NCBI GenBank assembly: GCA_963708025.1
Contig: CAVPSB010000036.1
Location: 1 to 13,697 of the forward strand
Length of the DNA stretch: 13,697 nucleotides
Origin: an uncultured Candidatus Rokubacteria bacterium
Lineage (GTDB): Bacteria; Methylomirabilota; Methylomirabilia; Rokubacteriales; DASRDR01
Direction of reading: 5' to 3'
Shown: positions 1-9,701 of the stretch, piece by piece
Numbering within the stretch: the stretch's first letter is position 1
How the letters are laid out: every line of letters starts with the position of its first letter
Translations under genes and position numbers: made by a program
Notes under the pieces: model-generated
Seen by the model: only the letters and a program-made list of their open reading frames with translations
The model's database searches: none
What the model was told of the DNA's origin: nothing

Positions 1-578
1 GGCGGCGTCCGCCCCCCAGTCGAGCGCGATCCGGCGCCGCCGCTCGATCGGGTCCACGACCAGGAGGGCGCCCGCCGTGCGCCGGGCGAGCTGCGCGCAG
101 AAGCTGCCCACCACCCCCTGTCCGTCCACGACGACCGCGTCGCCGATGCGAACCGGCACGTCGAGCATGCAGGTCACGGCGACGTCGAGCAGGTTGGCGA
201 ACGCGGCGCGCTTCGGCGGGAGGTCGGGCGGCAGCCGGTAGAGGAGGAAGGGCTTGTTCCGGATCGTGAAGACTTCCTGGTGCGGGTGACGCGCGAAGAC
301 GCGCTGCCCGGGCTCGTAGCCGGACTGCGCGCCCGCGCGCTCGACCACGCCCACGATCTGGTAGGAGTACTTGACCGGAAACCGGAGGCTGCCGCGAACG
401 TCTCCAGGCCCAGGTTCCCGTCGGGGCCGACCTCCCCGCGGTACACCCGCATCTCCGTCCCGGCGCTGATGAGCGACGTGATCCCTCGGACGAGCACCTG
501 ATCGTCAGCCGGGTCGGCGACCGGCTGCTCGCGAAGCTCCGCCCGACGGGGAGCGGCGAACCACAGGGCCCGCGTCAC
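1..578 (-). CDS. MDR-superfamily (zinc-binding alcohol dehydrogenase-like, BchC-like subgroup) oxidoreductase; 3' end outside window; one frameshift near 393
   Basis: GTG at 578 gives VTRALWFAAPRRAELREQPVADPADDQVLVRGITSLISAGTEMRVYRG, with the ISAGTE motif typical of this MDR subgroup. Restoring one G near 393 continues it as GSLRFPVKYSYQIVGVVERAG...HPHQEVF...AAFANLLDVAVTCMLDVPVRIGDAVVVDGQGVVGSFCAQLARR...LLVVDPIERRRRIALDWGADA, with a Rossmann GxGxxG motif and an acidic residue after strand 2. Confidence 0.85.
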
Positions 579-899
579 GCCATCGCGCCTCGACCTGCCT
601 GGGCGCCCACTTTCCTGGTTCGCCGTGCGGGGGTTCGCGGAGCGTTGCCCTGCCGGAGACGCCGAGCCGGCCGGCGGTCGCCCCCAGGACGCGCCACGAT
701 TACCTAGATCGTGCCCCGCGCGCATGACCACGGGTCGGTCCGCGGCGCCAGAGCCATGCCGGGTCGAGCCTGGTCGCCCCGCCCGAAGGTGAGCAGGTAA
801 CCGTCGAGCCGTGACCCTGACGTGAACGAGTGCCCCACAGCAACTCGCCCACTACATGGCCGGCCCGCCGTCAACCTCCACGCCCCCGTGAGGTGCGAC

Positions 900-1356
900 T
901 CAGCCTCCGTACTCCATGATGTAGAGCCCGGCGTTGTAGTCGGTGCAGTACACGATGCCGCTCGCGTCGACGAAGACGTCGGCGGACTGGATCACGCGGG
1001 GCCGGTTGGGCCGGTGATCCACGAGACGGGCCGGGGCCGGGGGGACCAGGGCCGCCACCTCCACCGGACGGTGCGGGTCGCGGATGTCGAACACCCGCAC
1101 GCCGGCGTTCTGGTAGGTGGCGAAGATCAGCTCCGAGCTGACTAGGCTGCCCGGCCGGTTCTCGTGGATGTTGTGCGGGCCGAAGTGGCCTCCCCGGGCG
1201 ACGTAGTCGGCCTCGGCCGGCGTCGGCAGCGTCGCGATGCTGATCGGGTTGATGGACCATGACCTGCACGCCGTCCGGCCGGCCGCCCTGATCGGACCAG
1301 CCGAGGAGCCGCATGTTGCGGGCGTGGTCCGGTGCCGGAAGGCTCTCGGTCGTCAT
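900..1356 (-). pseudogene. LVIVD-repeat beta-propeller protein gene with a large out-of-frame internal deletion
   Basis: ATG 1356 encodes MTTESLPAPDHARNMRLLGWSDQGGRPDGVQVMVH, a recognisable family N-terminus. At 1251/1250 it joins, in another frame, NPISIATLPTPAEADYVARGGHFGPHNIHENRPGSLVSSELIFATYQNAGVRVFDIRDPHRPVEVAALVPP...QSADVFVDASGIVYCTDYNAGLYIMEYGG*, the family C-terminus. About 150 codons remain; homologues are recalled as roughly 400 aa. Confidence 0.8.
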
Positions 1357-1373
1357 CGAAAAACAGCATGGCA

Positions 1374-1722
1374 TCAGTCCTCCGGGGGGACGTCGATCAT
1401 CAGGGTCACGAGGGGCTCCTGCACACGGGAACGACGTCGTGAAAGACGCCCGGTCGGATGTACAGCGTATCGCCGGCCTGGAGCAGGAACGGCGGGTCCC
1501 GTCCAGGAAGATCTGCGCCCGGCCGGCCACGATGTAGGCGACGTGCTCGCATCGCTCGTGCTTGTGGCCTCCTCCGGAGAGGAATTCCACCGGCGTGCTC
1601 GTCAGCTTCACGCGCACGTTCGGGGTGAGATCCTCACCGACCAGCACCTTCACGGCGACCGGCACGTCGCCGGATGCTCACCGTCGATCCCCACCAGAAC
1701 GGACCAGCCGATGGCGCTCCAT
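1374..1722 (-). CDS. Cupin-domain protein (about 115 aa), interrupted by several frameshifts
   Basis: Cupin motif 1 GGGHKHERCEHVAYIVAGRAQIFLDG is in the 871-1665 frame. After a shift near 1492, motif 2 reads FLLQAGDTLYIRPGVFHDVVP. After a shift near 1422 it ends QEPLVTLMIDVPPED* (TGA 1376-1374). The start ATG 1722 (MERHRLVRSG) needs further indels near 1670-1692, so it is tentative. Confidence 0.75.
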
Positions 1723-1802
1723 CGGGCGCCTGCTTCCCGGTTGGCCGGGTCACGCGGACCGCCACCGCGGTCCGCGGTCGGGTTGTCGTCACATGACGGC
1801 CG

Positions 1803-3061
1803 TCATCCGGTCCGCCCAGGCCATCCACGAGGAAATGCGGCATGGCGATGTAGCGCAGCATCGCGTGCGGATCCTGCAGCAGCTTCCACGTCGCCCGGTC
1901 GTCGTCGGTCTCGACGTTCACCCCCAGATGCGTGCCGAGCTTGCGCCCGTGCCGCATGACGCGCTCGCCGATCGGCTGCCGCACGGTCTCGAAGCGCGCG
2001 AGCCCCGCCTCGACGTTGACGCCGGGCGGTGCCAGCGCGTCCGCGAGCGCCCGCGCGTCCTCGGCCGCCTTCGAGACGCCGTACCCCATGTGGGGCCGTC
2101 CGACCGACGCGGCATCGCCGATCAGGGCGACGCGGCCGAAGACCATCCGGGGCGAGGCGTGGTCGTAGATCGGCGTGAAGAACGGGCGCTCGATCCGGCG
2201 CAGCACGTCGAGGAACGGGGGGGCCATCACCGCGTCCGCGTCGCGCCGCATGGCGGCGATGACCTCCTCGCGGATGAGCGGCGGGGCGATCGAGAACGCG
2301 TGGTGCCGGCCCTCGGCGTCGGTGCACATCTCCCGGAGTCCCTCGTCGTCGATGACCCGATACCAGATGAAGTTGTAGCGCCGGAGGCCGGGCCGCGTCT
2401 CGTTGTCGAGCCCGGCGATTGGGTACCCGAGAACCTGCTGGCGCGCGGGCAGGTAGAAGGTGAAGTACGGAAAGATCGACCGGCGCGTCTCGGCGGCCAG
2501 CGAGGCCTCGGCGGGCGCGCCCCGCCACACCACGTACCCCGCGTAGATCGGCTGGACCTCGGGCGCCAGCTGCCCCCGGACGCTCGAGCGGAACCCGTCG
2601 GCGCCGACCAGGAGGTCGGCCCGCTCGGAGCGGCCCTCCGCGAACCGCACCGTGACGCCGGCGGCGTCCTGCTCGACCCGCTCGAACGTGTGCCCCAGGT
2701 GGTAGTGCGCGTCGGGCACCAAACCGCGCAGCATGCGCTGGAGCCGGTCCCAGGAGGTCAGGATCTGGCGCAGGGGCCGTTCCCCGATGACGCGCCCGGT
2801 GGCGTCGATCAGGATGCGCTTCTCGACCTCGACGCCCAGGTCGCGGGTCCCGGCGCCGCTCAGCTCGAGGGCGTCCAGCAGCTCCGGGTGGGCGGTGATG
2901 CCGGCCCCCCGGCCCACCAGCTCGACGCCGGAGCGCTCGAAGACGTCGGCGTCCCAGCCGGCCCGGCGCAGAAAGGCGGCTGTGAACAGGCCGGACATCG
3001 ACCCGCCGATCACGATGGCGCGTCGCCCGACCCGCCGGGTGTCGAGGTCCCGGATCTTCAG
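1803..3061 (-). CDS. FAD-dependent monooxygenase, 2,6-dihydroxypyridine 3-monooxygenase (DhpH)/PRK07236-like group A flavoprotein hydroxylase
   Basis: Rossmann motif RRAIVIGGSMSGL...VFERS...GRGAGI, DG motif ADLLVGADGFRSSVR, YAGYVVWRG, RRYNFIWY and GD motif RVALIGDAASVGRPHMGYGVSKAAEDA. The open frame formally runs to 1634 into the cupin, but the tail after ...MPHFLVDGLG looks non-coding, so the true stop is probably near 1790-1805 (indel inferred). The start is placed at CTG 3061 behind GGGAGG. Confidence 0.9.
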
Positions 3062-3086
3062 CTGGATGGCCTCCCGTCCCGCGGGC

Positions 3087-3116
3087 AGGATAGAGCACGG
3101 CCAACCCCACCCGCAA
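3087..3116 (-). promoter_or_regulatory. Candidate sigma70-type promoter for the monooxygenase cluster
   Basis: Minus strand TTGCGG (3116-3111), 18-nt spacer, TATCCT (3092-3087), just upstream of SD GGGAGG (3075-3070). Pattern match only. Confidence 0.4.
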
Positions 3117-3135
3117 CGGACGATCGGGTCGCCTC

Positions 3136-3453
3136 CCGCTGCTCATGCAGGATGTGACCCTGGCAGTGGTGATCGGCAAGACGGTCATCGGCGGGGTCAA
3201 GTGCGATCATCTGGTCTTCAGCCGCCCCGGTGTTGACTTCCAGGTATGGGTCGCCGACAGCAGCCAGCCGCTGCCGCGCAAGTACGTCGTCACCGACACG
3301 GGAACCCCCGCGCGGCTGCGCATCACCACGGTCATGAGCGACTGGAACGTGGCCCCGGCCGTGGCCGATGACCGGTTCGCCTTCGTGCCGCCTCCGGGGG
3401 CCAAGCCGATCGCGTTCATGCGACTGGATGCCACCGGCGGCGCCGGCCGCTGA
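3136..3453 (+). pseudogene. DUF2092 (LolA-like periplasmic protein) C-terminal fragment, 5'-truncated
   Basis: PLLMQDVTLAVVIGKTVIGGVKCDHLVFSRPGVDFQVWVADSSQPLPRKYVVTDTGTP...SDWNVAPAVADDRFAFVPPPGAKPIAF matches the DUF2092 C-terminal half (CDHLxF, D(W/F)QxW, PLPxKxVxT, W...FxFxPP). There is no signal peptide, no SD, and no room upstream for the N-terminal half. Confidence 0.8.
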
Positions 3454-3472
3454 CACCAGACGGAGGAAGCCC

Positions 3473-3961
3473 ATGAAGACGATGCTCAGGATTGCCGTCC
3501 TCGCCATTGCCCTTGGGATGATGCTCATCGCCGACGTGCCGCTTCTGCCTGTGCCACTGGTGCCCGACGCGCATGCGATCCTTGGCGTCCGGCGCCGCAC
3601 TGCGCGCAGAACCGCCGTCGTGGTAGGGGCCTCGGTCCACGCTGCGGATTCGGCCCAGATGGCCCAGGCCCAGCAGCAGACGGCCGCGGCTCAGCAGCAA
3701 GCCGCCGCCGCTCAGCAGCAGGCCGCCGCTGCCAAGCAGGAGACGGCCGTGGCCCAGCAGCAGGCCGCTGCAGCGCATCCCGCTCCACCGCCGGCAGCCG
3801 CCGGTGCACCGCTGCCGCTGGGCACCGTCGTTTCCGCCCTTCCCCCAGGTTGCGTCTCCACACCGGTCGGCGGCGTGGAGTACTACTACTGCGGCGGGAG
3901 CTTCTATCGCGCGACGTTTCAGGGGAACACCCTGGTGTACGTGACGGCGCAGCCGAAATGA
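3473..3961 (+). CDS. Exported 162-aa protein with an Ala/Gln-rich heptad linker and a DUF6515-like C-terminal domain
   Basis: SD GGAGG 3462-3466 and ATG 3473. Signal-like N-terminus MKTMLRIAVLAIALGMMLIAD...DAHA, then GVRRRTARRTAVVVG, AQQQ repeats, and GTVVSALPPGCVSTPVGGVEYYYCGGSFYR...VYV. Such genes are recalled as commonly following DUF2092 genes. Confidence 0.85.
   Translation: MKTMLRIAVLAIALGMMLIADVPLLPVPLVPDAHAILGVRRRTARRTAVVVGASVHAADSAQMAQAQQQTAAAQQQAAAAQQQAAAAKQETAVAQQQAAAAHPAPPPAAAGAPLPLGTVVSALPPGCVSTPVGGVEYYYCGGSFYRATFQGNTLVYVTAQPK
3668..3772 (+). repeat. Five imperfect 21-bp in-frame tandem repeats (AQQQTAA/AQQQAAA/AQQQAAA/AKQETAV/AQQQAAA)
   Basis: Units read directly: gcccagcagcagacggccgcg, gctcagcagcaagccgccgcc, gctcagcagcaggccgccgct, gccaagcaggagacggccgtg, gcccagcagcaggccgctgca. 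Confidence 0.85.
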
Positions 3962-4351
3962 ACGCGACCGGTGGGACACTCGGCGGCTCGATCCAGAGGC
4001 GGCCGGTTTCGCTGGTGAGACCCGTTGCCTTGCCAGCGCCAGCGCGCGCACAGGTCGGCGCCGACGATCCTACTTCGACTTCCAGGACATGCGTTCCGGG
4101 CACCCTCGATCACGACGAGCGCCTACCAGGCCGGCGTCGCCGCCGGTAACATCAGCGGCTATTCGGCGGACTACACCGCCGGGAAGGCGGCGAGCCCCAG
4201 CTACGTGATGGGCGCGATCTACGTGACGCTGCCCGCTGGCTGCATCTCACCCAACGTCAAGGGCACCACGTACTACCTCTGCGGCAATACCTGGTTCCAG
4301 CCGTCCTTCGGCGCGAGCGGCGTCTACTACCGCGTGGTGCCCACGCCCTGA
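3958..4351 (+). pseudogene. Broken second DUF6515-like exported protein gene; C-terminal about 80 aa recognisable
   Basis: From about 4110: [79 protein letters not shown], with the same LPxGC...YYxCG..(W/F) pattern as the upstream gene. There is no credible in-frame start. ATG 3958 (ATGA overlap with the previous stop) opens a different frame containing ...ALPAPARA-Q, a possible leader remnant. The 5' coordinate is uncertain. Confidence 0.6.
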
Positions 4352-4364
4352 GACGGTGGGTGGC

Positions 4365-6467
<2,103 letters not shown>

Positions 6468-6590
6468 GTCCCCCCTCGCCGGGCAATCCCCTCTCGCCCG
6501 GGTACGGCGTGGAGCGCCTCGCGGGCCAGAGCCGAGTGGACCAGCCCGGCGGCTGGCCCGGTTCGCCGGATCGGATCTGGCGGCGACGCC

Positions 6591-6619
6591 ATCCTGCCGA
6601 AGTCCCCACGGGCTTTCAA
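6591..6619 (-). promoter_or_regulatory. Candidate sigma70-type promoter of the activator gene
   Basis: Minus strand TTGAAA (6619-6614), 17-nt spacer, CAGGAT (6596-6591). The -35 box lies within the inverted repeat CGGGCTT-TC-AAGCCCG (6609-6624). Confidence 0.45.
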
Positions 6620-6761
6620 GCCCGATGGGTGCCGGGGCCGTCCACGATGGCCGCCGCCGGTTGCGGCGACAGACGGTGGCCACCGCTGGCCCCCGCGCAC
6701 CGCGCTCGCGGCCACGGCCGGGTTTGGCCGCATTTCCGAGCGGTTCCGGGGCCGCCCGGGC

Positions 6762-6777
6762 TGGCACGCCCCGTGCT
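6762..6777 (+). promoter_or_regulatory. Sigma54 (RpoN) -24/-12 promoter
   Basis: TGGCACGCCCCGTGCT versus consensus TGGCACG-N4-TTGCW: GG at 6763-6764, exactly 10 nt, GC at 6775-6776. It lies about 65 bp upstream of the STAS start and divergent from a GAFTGA-containing activator. Confidence 0.85.
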
Positions 6778-6842
6778 CCGGAGGCTCCGGACCGGTAGGG
6801 CATCGAGGCGCCGGATCGGGGCCGTGGAGGGGAGAAAGGGAC

Positions 6843-7163
6843 ATGGATCTACGCCTGGACGTCGTCACGGAGCCCGGCCGCACCGCCGTGCGCGTCTCGG
6901 GGCGCCTCACGGCGGTCGCCGCCCGGGAGCTCGAACGGGTCTGCCGGGAGGCGTCGGGGACGCTCCTGCTGGACGTGACGCACGTCGTGAGCGGGGACGA
7001 CGGGGGGTTCGCGACGCTCAGACGGCTGGCGACAGACGGGGCCCAGCTCGTCGGGGTGTCTCCCTATCTGGCCCTGCTCCTCGAGGGCGATCGCCCTCCG
7101 GGGGGCACCGGGCCTTGGAAGTCGGTCAGGGACACCGGCGATTCGACCCGGGGGACGGAGTGA
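6843..7163 (+). CDS. Small STAS-domain (anti-sigma-factor-antagonist/MlaB-like) protein, 106 aa
   Basis: Purine-rich SD region gggagaaaggg before ATG 6843. MDLRLDVVTEPGRTAVRVSGRLTAVAARELERVCREASGTLLLDVTHVVSGDDGGFATLRRLATDGAQLVGVSPYLALLL follows the STAS pattern (vxGrL...llDvxxvxxxDxxG...L...gxxlxgxspyl). Confidence 0.8.
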   Translation: MDLRLDVVTEPGRTAVRVSGRLTAVAARELERVCREASGTLLLDVTHVVSGDDGGFATLRRLATDGAQLVGVSPYLALLLEGDRPPGGTGPWKSVRDTGDSTRGTE

Positions 7164-7167
7164 GATC

Positions 7168-9684
7168 ATGACGAAAGGGAAGATCATCCTGGCGGTGATC
7201 CTGATCCTCGTCGCCGCGGGCGGCCTCGGGGCCTTCCTGGTGCCCATCACCGTCGGCGGGAACGGCGGGCCGCCCGAAGCCGGGCTCACCCGCGTACAGC
7301 GAGGCGCTGACGTCGAGAGCCCTCCCGCCGGTGCCGCCGAAGTTCGGCGGCGAGATCAAGCCGACTGCCGGCGAGTCCACGCCCTGGTGGCCCCCGGCCG
7401 TCGTCGCCGCCCAAGGGCGCGCCCAACGTGCTGCTGATCATGACCGACGACGTCGGCTTCGGCGCGCCGAGCACCTTCGGCGGCGTGATCCCGACGCCGG
7501 CGCTGGACCGGATCGCGAAGATGGGCCTGCGCTACACGCAGTTCCACTCGACCGCGCTGTGCTCGCCGACGCGGGCGGCGCTCATCACCGGGCGCAACCA
7601 CCACTCGGTGGGCTTCGGCGTGATCTCGGAGATGTCCACCGGCTACCCCGGCTACGACAGCATCATCCGCCGGGACTCGGCGACCATCGGCAGGATCCTG
7701 AGGGACAACGGCTACGCCACCTCGTGGTTCGGCAAGGACCACAACACGCCGGCCTTCCAGGCGAGCCAGGCGGGGCCGTTCGACCAGTGGCCGGTCGGCA
7801 TGGGCTTCGAGTACTTCTACGGCTTCGTCGGCGGCGACACCAGCCAGTGGCAGCCGAACCTCTTCCGCGACACGACGCCCGATCTATCCCTACGTCGGCA
7901 ATCCGAGGTGGAACCTGACCACCGCCATGGCCGACGACGCGATCGGCCACATGAAGATGCTGAACGAGATCGAGCCGGAGAAGCCGTTCTTCGTCTACTA
8001 CGTGCCGGGCGGCACGCACGCGCCGCACCACCCGACGCCGGAGTGGATCGAGAAGTTCAAGGGCAAGTTCTCGATGGGCTGGAACGCGCTGCGCGAGCAG
8101 ATCTTCGCCAACCAGAAGCAAGCTCGGCGTGATCCCGCCGGACGCCAAGCTCACGCCGTGGCCCGACGAGCTGAAGAAGTGGGACACGCTCACGCGCCGA
8201 CGAGAAGAAGCTGTTCAAGCGCCAGGTCGAGGTCTACGCCGCCTATCTCGCCTACACCGACCACGAGATCGGCCGCGTGATCCAGGCCGTCGAGGACATG
8301 GGCAAGCTCGACAACACGCTGATCATCTACATCAGCGGCGACAACGGCTCGAGCGCCGAGGGCTCGCCGATCGGCACGCCGAACGAGGTGGCCGCAGTTC
8401 AACAGCGTCGAGGTGCCGGTCGCCGACCAGCTGAAGTACTTCTACGATGCCTGGGGCTCGGACCGGACCTACAACCACATGGCGGTCGGCTGGACCTGGG
8501 CGTTCGACACGCCGTTCAAGTGGACCAAGCAGGTCGCGTCGCACTTCGGCGGCACGCGCAACGGCATGGCGATCGCCTGGCCGAGGCGCATCAAGGACGC
8601 CGGCGGCATCCGCCACCAGTTCCACCACGTGATCGACGTCGTGCCGACGATCCTCGAGGCGACCGGCATCGCGGCGCCGAGCACCGTCAACGGCATCGCC
8701 CAGAAGCCGATCGAGGGCGTGAGCATGGTCTACACCTGGGACAAGGCCAACGCCAACGCGCCGTCGGCGCGCAAGACGCAGTACTTCGAGATGTTCGGCA
8801 ACCGCGGCATCTACCACGACGGCTGGTACGCCAACACGCGCCCGATCAGCCCGCCGTGGGCGCTCGGCGCCACGCCGCCGACGGACGTGATGAACGCCTA
8901 CACGTGGGAGCTCTACGACCTGACCAAGGACTGGACGCAGGCCAACGACCTCGCCGCGTCCAATCCCGCCAAGCTGAAGGAGCTGCAGGAGCTGTTCCTG
9001 GCGGAGGCCGCCAAGTACCAGGTCTTTCCGCTCGACAACTCGCTCGCCTCGCGCATGGTGACGCCGCGACCGAGCCTGACCGCGGGCCGGACCCAGTTCA
9101 CCTACTCTGGCACGCTGACCGGCATTCCGATGGGCGACGCCCCGCAGCTCCTCGGCACCTCGTACACGCATCAGGGCGGAGGTGGACATCCCGCCCGGCG
9201 GCGGCGAGGGCATGCTGGTGACGCAGGGCGGCCGCTTCGGCGGCTGGGGCTTCTACCTGCTGAAGGGCAAGCCGGTCTACGTCTGGAATCTGCTCGACCT
9301 GAAGCGCGTGCGCTGGGAGGGCGCGGAGGCGCTCGCGCCCGGCAAGCACACGCTCGAGTTCGACTTCAAGTACGACGGCCTGGGCTTCGCCACGCTGGCC
9401 TTCAACAACACGAGCGGCATCGGCCGGGGCGGCACCGGCGTGCTCAAGGTCGACGGCAAGGTGGTGGCGAGCCAGAAGATGGAGCGCACGATCCCGATCA
9501 TGCTCCAGTGGGACGAGACCTTCGACGTCGGCTCCGACACCGGCACGCCGGTCGATGACCGCGACTACCAGGTCCCGTTCAGGTTCACCGGCAAGCTGGC
9601 CAAGCTGACCCTCACGCTCGATCGACCGCGAAGCTGACGCCGGCGGACGAGCAGCGCCTGAGGCAGACGGCCAAGCGCGGCTAG
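7168..9684 (+). CDS. atsA: Arylsulfatase paralogue 1 (formylglycine-dependent S1 sulfatase, AtsA-like, about 835 aa) with N-terminal hydrophobic leader; about 8 frameshifts
   Basis: Reconstructed across frames: [31 protein letters not shown]...PPKFGGEIK...[20 protein letters not shown]...[17 protein letters not shown] (CxPxR at 7560-7574), [88 protein letters not shown]-terminal [10 protein letters not shown]...[13 protein letters not shown]...RQTAKRG* (TAG 9682-9684). The symbol denotes family, not proven orthology. Confidence 0.93.
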
Positions 9685-9701
9685 CAAAGTGGAGTGACAT
9701 C

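Noticed and set aside
770..850. Hairpins in the LVIVD-MDR gap (a UUCG loop near 785 and CGAGTTGC/GCACTCG near 827-847) as a terminator or riboswitch
   Set aside because: Imperfect stems, no U-tract and no recognisable aptamer consensus.
871..1665. 264-aa ORF as a cupin-LVIVD fusion
   Set aside because: Chance read-through of indel-shifted frames; the middle and tail are off-frame relative to the recognisable motifs.
1562..3157. 531-aa plus-strand ORF and the 465-aa alternate minus frame over the monooxygenase
   Set aside because: Shadow ORFs caused by high GC3; Arg/Pro/Gly-rich with no motifs.
3668..3772. 21-bp repeats as a CRISPR or other non-coding array
   Set aside because: No spacers; the units are in frame and vary mainly at synonymous positions, so this is a coding repeat.
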